A stretch of 64,000 nt of DNA from Spirochaetota bacterium (lineage in GTDB: Bacteria; Spirochaetota; Spirochaetia; SPDA01; JAJSAL01): positions 3,006 through 67,005 of the forward strand of contig JAJSAL010000092.1 of NCBI GenBank assembly GCA_024274705.1, given 5' to 3'. Under the pieces are notes generated by a model. The model made no database searches and was not told the origin of the DNA. It saw only the letters and a program-made list of their open reading frames with translations. Positions 9,601 through 18,034 of this stretch are shown here, piece after piece; within the stretch, counting starts at the first letter, position 1; every line of letters starts with the position of its first letter. Position numbers and translations under genes: made by a program.

Positions 9601-9911
9601 GGGGAACCGCGGAATTCCTTTTCAATCACGGAGTATTCGCGGAAGTTATCTTAAAGATCCACGAGGGAAGGCCCCACCTGATCGACCACATGCGGGCAGG
9701 GAAAGTGAATCTTCTCATCAATACTCCCTTGGGAAAGTATTCCCGAAAGGGGGACCATGATATCCGGATAGAAGCAGTACGGCGTAAAGTGCCGTACACG
9801 ACAACGACTTCTGCAGCATGGGCGCTGGCCCAGGGAGTCCGTTACCTGCTGAAAGGGGAAGTCACCGTACGTGCGTTACCGGAAACTTGGGGAACTGTCA
9901 CACACGAATAG
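6675..9911 (+). CDS. carB: Carbamoyl-phosphate synthase large subunit
   Basis: 1078 aa with two ATP-grasp halves ([24 protein letters not shown] / [19 protein letters not shown]) and a C-terminal MGS-like domain. TTG start. Confidence 0.97.
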   Translation: MPARRDLKRILIIGSGPIVIGQACEFDYSGTQAVKALKEEGYHVILINPNPATVMTTPGLADRIYMEPLTVPYASEIIRQERPDAVLPTMGGQTGLNLTLSLHAEGVFETYGVEVIGASIDAIKLAEDRGLFKEVVRKIGLDTPRSVATTSVEGALSLKEEVGLPLVIRPSYTLGGQGGSIAYTENEFAFLVEKALMESPVGQALIEESLIGWKEFELEVMRDKADNAVIICSIENIDPMGVHTGDSITVAPVQTLSDKEYQVMRTAAIGILRAVGVDCGGSNVQFAVKPENGSMVVIEMNPRVSRSSALASKATGFPIAMCSARLAVGFTLDEIINDITGRTVSCYEPALDYCAVKVPRFEIEKFPSGYMELGTQMKSVGESLAIGRTFSEAMNKAIRAAEFGYDGLTSLNLPDEELDRIISTLHPLRILAAYTWLARQGERAIPVIREKSGYDTWFLYQMLYLVHVEKNLTRDLAREQLMEAKRFGLSDERIASLIARDASWVTEKRIAWNIKPVYHFIDTCAGEFEARTPYYYSTYGEIDEGQPFTEKAVCILASGPNRIGQGLEFDTCCTLASLAFRKHGVKTIIINSNPETVSTDYNISDKLYLEPLTTEHVMGVLEKEGVSDVVVQLGGQTPLNIADELERKGFSIVGTPVSSINDAEDRGLFSNLLKRIGVRQPVNRMAAARDQVFSLSEEVGFPVLLRPSFVLGGRSMFIAYTREELEEFLKKGITKKGITISKTKPVLVDQFLEDAFEYDLDALCDGTNVYIAGIMQHIEAAGIHSGDSACVFPPFKSEPGMLEEMKEATRKIAVEIGVSGFINIQFAVKDDVLYILEVNPRASGTVPFLSKASGINLVEAAVRIWGGTSLEEQGLTVNGFGEGKSILGWAVKEAVFSFERFRNEDPQLGPEMKSTGEVIGLGETFGEAFAKAQAAVGSPLPTKGKIFVSVHANDRKTILPIVKELMDTGFGIAATRGTAEFLFNHGVFAEVILKIHEGRPHLIDHMRAGKVNLLINTPLGKYSRKGDHDIRIEAVRRKVPYTTTTSAAWALAQGVRYLLKGEVTVRALPETWGTVTHE
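8862..8891 (+). repeat. Perfect 15-bp tandem duplication inside carB
   Basis: AAAAAAGGGATCACC occurs twice back to back (8862-8876, 8877-8891), encoding [10 protein letters not shown] in frame. Confidence 0.9.
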
Positions 9912-9953
9912 AGAAGGTACCGGGAATATGAGGTGCCGTGTTTTAACTTCCTT

Positions 9954-11519
9954 TTATTCCACGAAGTTGTTGTAATAATAATCCAGACTATCCAGTATCG
10001 CTTCCCAGGACGCTTCGACAATATTCTCTGAGACACCCACAGTGTCCCATGAACGTTCATGGTCCGATGTAGTGATGAAAACCCGTACCTTGGAAGCTGA
10101 GGCGTCCTGCGGGTTGAGTACCCGCACCCGGTAGTCAATAAGGATGATAGACTGGATAAACGGATAAAAAGGAAGGAGTGCATCCCGAAGGGCGTGGTCC
10201 AGCGTTTCAACAGGACCTATGCCCACGGCTGCGCCCATGATGTCCTTTCCATCGGAGGTCAGGAAAATCCTTCCCACTGTTTTCGAAGGTGTTTCCCAGG
10301 TTTTGTACGATTCAAGGTGATAATTATTCAGCGTAAGGAGAGGTCTGTATTTCCCGATGGTTTTTCTTATAAGGATGTCAAACGATGCTTCCGCCGCCTC
10401 GTATTCGTAGCCGGCGTTTTCCTTCTGTTTCAGCGTTTCCAGAAGTTTGTTCACCGTTTTAGAATTTTTATCAAAAGTACCGTATTTCGAAAGCTTTTTC
10501 ACGATAGTCGACTTTCCGGCGAGTTCGGAAAGGATGATTTTCCGTTCATTCCCCACCAGGGAGGAGTCAAGGTGTTCCATAAGATTGTGGGCTTTTGAAA
10601 TGACATCCGCATGCTGCCCGGCTTTGTGGCTGAAAGCAGCTTCTCCCACATAGGGCTGCCGTTTGTCGGGAATGATGTTAGCTTTTTCTGCAATATAACG
10701 GGAGAGAGAGGTAAGGTGTTTCAGTTGACTCGACATGTGTGCCTGAAATCCCATTTTAAGACAGAGATTCGGTACGAAAACACACAGGTTTGCGTTGCCC
10801 GCCCGTTCTCCCCAGCCGTTAATCGTCCCCTGCACCTGTACAGCGCCGTGTTCAACTGCGATCATGGAATTTGCTACGGCGGTACCGCAGTCATTGTGGA
10901 AATGCACTCCTAAGGGTTTCAGCGAATCTATAGGCAGGCCTGTCATGATCAAGGCGATTTCCGACGGAAGGGTTCCGCCATTGGTATCGCATAACACAAG
11001 GCAGTCTGCACCTGCCTGGCTGCCGGTTTCCAGCACTTGTACCGCGTATTCCCTATCGTCTTTGTAACCGTCAAAAAAATGTTCTAAGTCGAAGATAACC
11101 TCTTTTCCTGCCTGTTTTAGTACGGAAATAGAATCGAAAATCATTTCAAGGTTTTCTTTTTCATCGGTACGAAGCACATGTTCAACATGGGCTTTCCATG
11201 TTTTCCCTACCACAACTACTGCGGGAGTTTCTGCATTGAGGAGCACCTGAATATTCGGATCTCTTCGGGCATCGCTTTTCGGTTTTCGAGTGGAACCAAA
11301 AGCCACAATCTTTGCGTTTGTTAGCTTTTCAGCTTTCATACGCTCGAAAAAGAGGCTCTCTTTTTCATTGGAAAGGGGAAAACCCCCTTCTATGTAATCG
11401 ATGCCTATCTCATCGAGCTTTTTCGCTATCTGTACTTTGTCATCCAGAGTGAAGTTAACTCCCAGTCCCTGTATGCCATCCCTTAAGGTTGTGTCGTATA
11501 TGAAAATGTGTTTATCCAT
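9954..11519 (-). CDS. cimA: Citramalate synthase (long LeuA-family paralog)
   Basis: MDKHIFIYDTTLRDGIQG N-terminus, HFHNDCGTAVAN metal site, about 520 aa with a C-terminal LeuA-dimer-like domain. The start at 11519 is preferred over 11534. Confidence 0.8.
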   Translation of the reverse strand: MDKHIFIYDTTLRDGIQGLGVNFTLDDKVQIAKKLDEIGIDYIEGGFPLSNEKESLFFERMKAEKLTNAKIVAFGSTRKPKSDARRDPNIQVLLNAETPAVVVVGKTWKAHVEHVLRTDEKENLEMIFDSISVLKQAGKEVIFDLEHFFDGYKDDREYAVQVLETGSQAGADCLVLCDTNGGTLPSEIALIMTGLPIDSLKPLGVHFHNDCGTAVANSMIAVEHGAVQVQGTINGWGERAGNANLCVFVPNLCLKMGFQAHMSSQLKHLTSLSRYIAEKANIIPDKRQPYVGEAAFSHKAGQHADVISKAHNLMEHLDSSLVGNERKIILSELAGKSTIVKKLSKYGTFDKNSKTVNKLLETLKQKENAGYEYEAAEASFDILIRKTIGKYRPLLTLNNYHLESYKTWETPSKTVGRIFLTSDGKDIMGAAVGIGPVETLDHALRDALLPFYPFIQSIILIDYRVRVLNPQDASASKVRVFITTSDHERSWDTVGVSENIVEASWEAILDSLDYYYNNFVE

Positions 11520-11534
11520 GAGTCCCGCCTTCAT

Positions 11535-13046
11535 TTAAGAATTCAACACTGCTTCGTAACGATTCAAGGCGTTTACATAAGCCTGAGCACTTGCCTCAAT
11601 GATGTCTGTAGAGGATCCTCTGCCTATGGCGGTTTTACCATCGATGGTGAGCTGCACAGAGACTTCCCCCATTGCCTGTCTCCCGGGAGTTACCGCATGA
11701 ACGATATATTCATCCAGTTTCGTTTGAATACCCGTAACCCGGTCTATGGCGTTGAATACTGCATCGATAGGGCCGTCACCTGTGGCGGCTTCCTCTTTGA
11801 CTTCACCTTGTGTTTCGATTCGTACCGTTGCCGTCGGCACTGAAACATTTCCGGAAATGATGTTGAAATACGTAAGAGCGTATGTTGCATATTGTCTTCC
11901 CAGTTCAACACTCACCAGGGCAAAAAGGTCCTGGTCGTACACCTCTTTTTTCCGGTCCGAAAGGTCGAGAAACCGCTGGTACAGTTTTCCCATCTCTTCT
12001 TTATTGACTTTGAGTCCGAGTTCAGTGAGACGTTTTTTGAAACCGTGCATGCCGGAGTGCCTTCCCAGCACGATGTTGCTCGCCTCCCTTCCCACTGATT
12101 CAGGGGTCATGATTTCATAGGTTTCCCGGAATTTGAGGACTCCGTCCTGGTGGATACCCGACTCATGGGCAAACGCGTTGTCTCCCACGATCGGTTTATT
12201 CCTTGGAATGGGAAACCCGATGATGTTCGATAGAAGACGGGATGTGTTAAAAATCTGTCTTGAATTGACCTTCGTCGTATAGGGAAGGATGTCTTTTCGC
12301 ACGTGGAGTGCCATAACCAATTCTTCCAGGGAAGCATTTCCCGCGCGTTCTCCTATGCCGTTGATGGTAACTTCAACCTGACGGGCCCCGTTGTTGATTG
12401 CGCTCAACGTATTGGCTACGGCAAGCCCGAGGTCATTATGGCAATGAACCGATATGATGGCCTTATCCATATTGTTGACGCCGTTCATGATATTCCGGAT
12501 AAAGGTACCGAATTCCTCGGGAACGGCATAGCCAACGGTATCCGGAATGTTGATGATGGTTGCACCCGCATCGATAACCGCTTCGACGAGCCTGCATAAG
12601 AATGATAATTCACTGCGGGTTGCGTCTTCAGGAGAAAATTCCACCTCAGGCAACAGGTTTCGTGCGAGGGTTACCGCTTTGACCGCCATTTCTATCACTG
12701 TGTCAGGGTCTTTTTTCAGCTTGTATTCCATGTGGATTGCTGATGACGCTATAAATGTGTGGATCCGCGGGTGGACTGCTTTGGAGACAGCGTCTGCTGC
12801 GATTGTGATATCTTTCTCAACGGCCCTGGCGAGAGCTGCAATTGCAGGATCCTTGACATTTTGTGCGATAAGCTGACACGCCTTAAACTGGTGGGGAGAT
12901 GAAACAGGGAATCCGGCTTCAATGATATCAACTCCAAGGTGAGCCAGCTGTATTGCCATTTCGTTTTTCTGCTCGATACTCATGGAGGCACCGGGAGACT
13001 GTTCTCCATCTCTCAACGTTGTGTCAAATGTGTAAATCCGTTCCAT
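11535..13046 (-). CDS. leuA: 2-isopropylmalate synthase
   Basis: MERIYTFDTTLRDGEQSPG, HCHNDLGLAVANT, and a 503-aa length typical of LeuA. Confidence 0.92.
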   Translation of the reverse strand: MERIYTFDTTLRDGEQSPGASMSIEQKNEMAIQLAHLGVDIIEAGFPVSSPHQFKACQLIAQNVKDPAIAALARAVEKDITIAADAVSKAVHPRIHTFIASSAIHMEYKLKKDPDTVIEMAVKAVTLARNLLPEVEFSPEDATRSELSFLCRLVEAVIDAGATIINIPDTVGYAVPEEFGTFIRNIMNGVNNMDKAIISVHCHNDLGLAVANTLSAINNGARQVEVTINGIGERAGNASLEELVMALHVRKDILPYTTKVNSRQIFNTSRLLSNIIGFPIPRNKPIVGDNAFAHESGIHQDGVLKFRETYEIMTPESVGREASNIVLGRHSGMHGFKKRLTELGLKVNKEEMGKLYQRFLDLSDRKKEVYDQDLFALVSVELGRQYATYALTYFNIISGNVSVPTATVRIETQGEVKEEAATGDGPIDAVFNAIDRVTGIQTKLDEYIVHAVTPGRQAMGEVSVQLTIDGKTAIGRGSSTDIIEASAQAYVNALNRYEAVLNS

Positions 13047-13056
13047 AGTTCACTCC

Positions 13057-13539
13057 TCATTGTTTTTTCCCTCTTGCAAGGGATACAAGGCCGCTCCTGG
13101 CGAGTTCGATGATGGTGAACTCCTGCAGGAGAGAAACAAAATCGTCTATTTTTTCTGGTGAGCCGGTTATTTCAATTACGATACTTTCAGATCCGACATC
13201 CATTACCTGCGCTTTAAAAACGTCTGTAATCTGTATAATTTCCGCCCGCTGGCCGGGTTTCGCAGCAACCTTTACCAGAGCCAATTCCCTGTCCACGGTT
13301 GGAACCGTTGTAAGTTCGATGACCTCTATGATGTCGATAAGTTTATTAAGCTGTTTTTTTATCTGCTCGATGATCTGGGCATCCCCGTTACACACAAGGG
13401 TAATCCTGGAAATCGTAGGATCCGTTGTGGGTCCCGAGGTGAAGCTTTCGAGATTATACGCCCTGCCGGAAAAGAGCCCGGAGATGCGGGAAAGAACACC
13501 CTGGTGGTTCTCCACCAAAAGTGAAATCGTGTGGGTCAT
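13057..13539 (-). CDS. ilvN: Acetolactate synthase small (regulatory) subunit
   Basis: The ACT-domain N-terminus MTHTISLLVENHQGVLSRISGLFSGRAYNLESF begins at ATG 13539 with a GGAGGT SD. The 43-aa ORF-track extension overlaps ilvB and is rejected. Confidence 0.9.
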   Translation of the reverse strand: MTHTISLLVENHQGVLSRISGLFSGRAYNLESFTSGPTTDPTISRITLVCNGDAQIIEQIKKQLNKLIDIIEVIELTTVPTVDRELALVKVAAKPGQRAEIIQITDVFKAQVMDVGSESIVIEITGSPEKIDDFVSLLQEFTIIELARSGLVSLARGKKQ

Positions 13540-13552
13540 GGTGTACCTCCTT

Positions 13553-15280
13553 TCATAAAAGCATCTCCTGGATTCCGGCACCCGGGGGGACCATGGGATA
13601 CACATTTTTTTCCCTCTGGATGATAAAATCGATAAAAATCGGTCTGTCCCCGATGGCGGCAGCTTCACGCAGTACCGGTTCGATACTATCAGGAGATTCT
13701 ACTCGGAATCCGACTGCCCCGTAGGCCTCGGCAAGACGGACGAAATCGGGCACGTATGGAGGGCACTCCTCCCCCGGAGTGCTGCAGCCGTGGCTGCACC
13801 GTTTATCAGCCTTAAGACATGTTGATGAGTACCTGCGGTCATGGAAAATCTCCTGCCACTGGCGGACCATTCCAAGATATCCATTATTCAGAATTGCTAC
13901 GACCACCGGGAGGCATTCATGGACGGCGGTTGCAAGTTCCTGGATGTTCATCTGTATAGAACCATCTCCCGCGATATCGATCACTCTTCGTCCGGGATTG
14001 CCGATCTGGGCACCGATTGCCGCCGGAAAACCATAACCCATGGTCCCCAATCCTCCCGAGGTGAGCCATGTCCTGGATGTCTTGAAATGATACATCAGTG
14101 CTGCCCACATCTGATTCTGACCGACTTCCGTGGTGATAACAGCATCAGGAAACACTTCATTTATCCCCTGGATCACGTTTTCCGGTGTTACAGCCCCGGT
14201 GTCGTTATGTTCGTCGTTTCTCATGGAACCCTCGGATTTCCAGGTTCCGATAAGCTCGAGCCAGGACCTCCGTTCCCGTTTTGTAAGACTTGCCCTAAGC
14301 TGCTGTAGGGTCTCTTTTGCATCGCCTACAACTGAAGTATCTACAGGCACATTCCTGGCAATCGAAGTAGGATCGATATCAACGTGCACGATCCTCGCAC
14401 GTGGTGCGAATTTTGTTAAATCTCCTGTTGCTCTGTCGTCGAACCGGACGCCTACGCTGAAGAGCAGGTCTGTTTCACTGACCGCGTTGTTGGCGGGAAA
14501 CGTACCGTGCATACCGATCATACCGAGGTAGAGAGGATGAACAGAAGGTATCGCACCGATTCCCATGAGGGAAGAGACGACAGGTATGTCCTGTTCCTCT
14601 GCGATTGCTGTTAACAGGGAGGCGGCACCGGAGATATGAACACCTCCGCCGATAAAAAACAGGGGCCTGGAGGCACTGTTTAGGAGAGCCGCCGCTTTCC
14701 GTACTTCTTCTTCATCGGGTTTGTAAACCGGCCGGTACCCCCGTATATATACGGAATCGGGATATCCGTCATCCGACGAAGCTGTGAAGACATTTTTTGG
14801 GATATCCACAACTACAGGCCCGGGACGTCCGCTGCCGGCGAGAAGAAAGGCTTTCTTTATATCAATACCTACATCTTCCCTGCAGGTGATAAGAAAATTA
14901 TGTTTGGTTACAGGGCGGGAAATTCCTATGGTGTCCGCCTCCTGAAAGGCGTCATTACCGATCATTGAACTCGGTACCTGTCCTGTAATACAGACAACAG
15001 GAACACTGTCGAAATTCGCCGTGGCTAATCCGGTAATCGTATTTGTCGCTCCGGGGCCGCTGGTAACGATGCAGACACCTGTTTTTCCAGTAGAACGGGC
15101 ATACCCGTCTGCAGCATGGACGGCGGCCTGTTCATGCCTGGTGAGTATGACATCGAGTTCCGGGTGACTGTAAAGAACATCGAACAGGGGTATAACAGCT
15201 CCGCCGGGGTATCCGAAGATATGTGAAACCCCTTCTGTTTTTAAGGCTTCAACGATAAGTTCTGCACCGGTTATAGTCAC
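13553..15280 (-). CDS. ilvB: Acetolactate synthase large (catalytic) subunit
   Basis: ThDP enzyme with GYPGGAVIPLFD and GLGTMGYGFPAAIGA...GDGSIQMN motifs. GTG start preceded by GGGAGG. Confidence 0.93.
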   Translation of the reverse strand: MTITGAELIVEALKTEGVSHIFGYPGGAVIPLFDVLYSHPELDVILTRHEQAAVHAADGYARSTGKTGVCIVTSGPGATNTITGLATANFDSVPVVCITGQVPSSMIGNDAFQEADTIGISRPVTKHNFLITCREDVGIDIKKAFLLAGSGRPGPVVVDIPKNVFTASSDDGYPDSVYIRGYRPVYKPDEEEVRKAAALLNSASRPLFFIGGGVHISGAASLLTAIAEEQDIPVVSSLMGIGAIPSVHPLYLGMIGMHGTFPANNAVSETDLLFSVGVRFDDRATGDLTKFAPRARIVHVDIDPTSIARNVPVDTSVVGDAKETLQQLRASLTKRERRSWLELIGTWKSEGSMRNDEHNDTGAVTPENVIQGINEVFPDAVITTEVGQNQMWAALMYHFKTSRTWLTSGGLGTMGYGFPAAIGAQIGNPGRRVIDIAGDGSIQMNIQELATAVHECLPVVVAILNNGYLGMVRQWQEIFHDRRYSSTCLKADKRCSHGCSTPGEECPPYVPDFVRLAEAYGAVGFRVESPDSIEPVLREAAAIGDRPIFIDFIIQREKNVYPMVPPGAGIQEMLL

Positions 15281-15294
15281 AAAGAACCTCCCTG

Positions 15295-15329
15295 AAAAAA
15301 AAAGCCGTTCCCCCAGGCAGGAGAACGGC
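15295..15329 (-). terminator. Attenuator terminator in the ilvB leader
   Basis: Minus strand reads GCCGTTCTCC-TGCCTG-GGGGAACGGC followed by nine T. It lies 19 nt after the leader-peptide stop and about 15 nt before the ilvB SD. Confidence 0.75.
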
Positions 15330-15348
15330 CGGCTTTAAACACTTTAAT

Positions 15349-15438
15349 TCAGCGCCTAACTCTTCTACCCCGGGGGTGTTGAGGATCAATAATACCAAGC
15401 AGGAGAATTAGGATTACCTCTTTAAGAAATGAAGTCAT
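15349..15438 (-). CDS. ilv-leu leader peptide (29 aa, MTSFLKEVILILLLGIIDPQHPRGRRVRR)
   Basis: Hand translation of the minus strand. The run VILILLLGII has 9 of 10 branched-chain codons. It lies between a promoter-like element and the terminator hairpin. Too short for the ORF track. Confidence 0.62.
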   Translation of the reverse strand: MTSFLKEVILILLLGIIDPQHPRGRRVRR

Positions 15439-15446
15439 ATAAAATA

Positions 15447-15474
15447 GTTATAAACAAATGCCTGAGTTTGTCAA
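15447..15474 (-). promoter_or_regulatory. Sigma-70-like promoter of the ilv-leu operon
   Basis: Minus strand TTGACA (15474-15469), 16-nt spacer, TATAAC (15452-15447), just upstream of the leader ORF. Confidence 0.45.
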
Positions 15475-15534
15475 GGTGTTTTGTTTTCATAAGTATTGAT
15501 TTTGTGGACTATATGCATCTAGAATAACACCAGG

Positions 15535-17244
15535 ATGGGACAGATATCGGTTTTTGACACGTTGGTTAAAACGCTCTCAACGCAGGAACGCAAAGACCTT
15601 CTTCAGGAACTGAAGCACACTCTTTCTCTGCGGGATGAACCTCTCTATCAGAAAAACCCAGCGTCCGAGGAATTTATCAATTTGGAAAAAGAATACGGTG
15701 ATCTTGGATTCCTTACAAAAATTATCATATTTATCAAGAGTGTGTTTACAGGAAAGGACAGACTCATCCTCGTGGAACAGACCCTCCTTCTCAAGCTTGA
15801 AAAACAGATACGGAATGTTAATCCCGGCATCATGGATTTTACCGGCGGAAAGTATCTCAAAGTAATGTACGATGCGGTGGAACAGTTGAGTAATGCGTCC
15901 CGGTTTTTCCATAAACCGATCCGGAGTGTTTATTCGTCTGAAAAGATGGATTTTTTTTCATTTCTTGCAGGTATGGAGATTGAAAGGGTCCATGATGAGC
16001 TTTTAAAAGTTACAAATTTGTTCAATCGATCCAGTGAACTGAGGGGAAAAAACGAATATGAGATACGAAACGATTTTGAAGAACAGTTCAAGAATATTCT
16101 GACCCAGGTTACGAAGGAGGACAGAGAACGGATGTACGGTCATGCAAAAAGCCTGGACAGGATCCGTAGCTTCGTCGATTTTCCGTATACCTCCATCCTG
16201 GAAAAATTTCATACCGACGTACCTGAAACGGATCCCTGGTGTTCCCATAAGGACATCGAAAAGCGGATAATCGAACTGGGTGACATGCTCGCCGGTCTCA
16301 ATGCTGTTCCGGATGCCCGCTTGATGCAGGCACTGTGTCTTTTTCAAAATAGGGAGGAGCTTGAATCCGAAGAATTCGATATGCGCATGCAGGTAAAGAA
16401 GTACATCGATAAGGCGGAGCAGTCTCTGGATATCATCCGGGATTTCAACAGGATTATCCCCCTTCCTGATATTCTGAAATACATAAAAAATAACATAAAC
16501 TATCACCCCAGCGCCGCCGGCGGAGGGGAAGACTGGTTCCAGTTGTTTAAAAAATTCTGGCGGGGAAGATTCGAGGATTGTGTGCAGTCTTTCATGAGGG
16601 AGCAGAAAAGAAAGCGCCTTATCGAAGATGCATTGGAACTCGCAGGGGTGAAACAATTCAACTATCTGCAGTATTATCGCCAGGGAGAGTGGTTTAAAGG
16701 GATTAGTCTTCCATGTGAATCGTCTGTGCTGTTTATCAAAACCTTTATAGAAACCGTCTTTCTCGGTTCTATGCAGAGGGCTTTGAAGATTGTCCTTCTC
16801 AATGGTGAATTCTATAAAGATCAGAATCGGCAGGAGTTTTCCGATTCATTTAGCTTTCTTAACAACATTCCCGGGAGGCTGGAAGAGATTGATAAGGAAT
16901 TTTCTCCCCAGGGAACTGCAGGCCAGGCTATAGAGCGATTGAAAGGGGATGTGATGGTCAGCCGGCTTAAATTCCGTCAGATTGAGCATCACGTACGGGG
17001 AGCAGAGCATCAGTTTGAAGAATTGATTAAAGGGTCTTTGCGCCACCTGAAACAACTGATAAGTGTACTGAAAGGTATCACGCATGGTGAAGTTGGAGGG
17101 AAATACGATACTCTCTCGAACCGCCAGTATATCGGGGGTAGAGAGAATAAAACGCTTCTGGAAGAAATAGACTCTGCAGGAGCTGTTCTGGACAAAGCGC
17201 TCAACCTGCTCTACGACCTGAATGATCTGGGTAGAGCCGGGTAA
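15535..17244 (+). CDS. Hypothetical protein, 569 aa, no recognised domain
   Basis: Long uninterrupted ORF with coding-like composition and charged helical-looking sequence. No motif recognised. Confidence 0.65.
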   Translation: MGQISVFDTLVKTLSTQERKDLLQELKHTLSLRDEPLYQKNPASEEFINLEKEYGDLGFLTKIIIFIKSVFTGKDRLILVEQTLLLKLEKQIRNVNPGIMDFTGGKYLKVMYDAVEQLSNASRFFHKPIRSVYSSEKMDFFSFLAGMEIERVHDELLKVTNLFNRSSELRGKNEYEIRNDFEEQFKNILTQVTKEDRERMYGHAKSLDRIRSFVDFPYTSILEKFHTDVPETDPWCSHKDIEKRIIELGDMLAGLNAVPDARLMQALCLFQNREELESEEFDMRMQVKKYIDKAEQSLDIIRDFNRIIPLPDILKYIKNNINYHPSAAGGGEDWFQLFKKFWRGRFEDCVQSFMREQKRKRLIEDALELAGVKQFNYLQYYRQGEWFKGISLPCESSVLFIKTFIETVFLGSMQRALKIVLLNGEFYKDQNRQEFSDSFSFLNNIPGRLEEIDKEFSPQGTAGQAIERLKGDVMVSRLKFRQIEHHVRGAEHQFEELIKGSLRHLKQLISVLKGITHGEVGGKYDTLSNRQYIGGRENKTLLEEIDSAGAVLDKALNLLYDLNDLGRAG

Positions 17245-17251
17245 TCATACC

Positions 17252-17995
17252 ATGCAGAGTATAACACTCTTTCCCCGCCCTCCAGATGTCATTGTAACGA
17301 TCCCTTTTACCACCCGGGGAGACAAGGGTGCCCCTGTATTTGCTCTCAGCCTTAACTGTGCAGGCGACATGGGACATGACAGACCGGAATCGGTAAAGAA
17401 CAGGAACGTACTACTTGAACGCCTTGGAGTAAGCCCCGGCAGCTGTGCGGCTCTCTATCAGGTCCATTCTAAAGAGGTACGGGAAATCCGGGGCCCCGGA
17501 ACATTTCCTGACGGTGAAGGGGACGGTTTGTTTACATCCAATGATACGGTTTCATTGAGTATCACCGTTGCGGACTGCCTTCCTGTTGCACTGTTTTCAG
17601 AAAAACCTTTCTGTTACGGGCTGCTTCATTCCGGGTGGAAGGGAACAGGAATCGTTCACAGTTTTATCGAACAGATCATCGCTGTCCATGGTATTCCGCC
17701 GGAAACCCTTCATGCGGTAATAGGGCCTGGAATAGGACCGTGCTGTTATCATGTGGATGAACAAAGGGCGGAGTGTTTTCGGGATACCTGGGGCGCAGAC
17801 ACGGTTCAGACCCGGGATGGAAGGTATTATCTCGATTTACCCGGGGCAAACATCAATATCCTTCATAGAGCTGGGGTTGAACATATTACCCTCGTAGAAA
17901 ACTGTACTTGCTGTAATACCCGGTTCGGCTCCTTCAGGAGGCAGGGTGCAGACCGTTTTACAAGAATGGTTGCACTATTAGGGTATTTCAAGTAA
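17252..17995 (+). CDS. pgeF: YfiH/PgeF family (DUF152) laccase-domain protein / peptidoglycan editing factor
   Basis: Conserved LHSGWKGT, GPCCY and C-terminal CT..FGSFRR motifs. ATG 17252 avoids overlap with the upstream gene. Confidence 0.85.
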   Translation: MQSITLFPRPPDVIVTIPFTTRGDKGAPVFALSLNCAGDMGHDRPESVKNRNVLLERLGVSPGSCAALYQVHSKEVREIRGPGTFPDGEGDGLFTSNDTVSLSITVADCLPVALFSEKPFCYGLLHSGWKGTGIVHSFIEQIIAVHGIPPETLHAVIGPGIGPCCYHVDEQRAECFRDTWGADTVQTRDGRYYLDLPGANINILHRAGVEHITLVENCTCCNTRFGSFRRQGADRFTRMVALLGYFK

Positions 17996-18034
17996 GGTAT
18001 CCAGCACATTTCCTGAAGAGATTAAAGGCCGAAA

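Noticed and set aside
8831-9629. Two minus-strand ORFs of about 220 aa inside carB
   Set aside because: Antisense to a highly conserved gene, with no motifs. Typical shadow frames in GC-balanced coding DNA.
16003-16656. 217-aa minus-strand ORF inside the 569-aa hypothetical gene
   Set aside because: The plus-strand ORF is far longer and spans the whole interval. The antisense ORF has no independent support, though neither frame has homology evidence.
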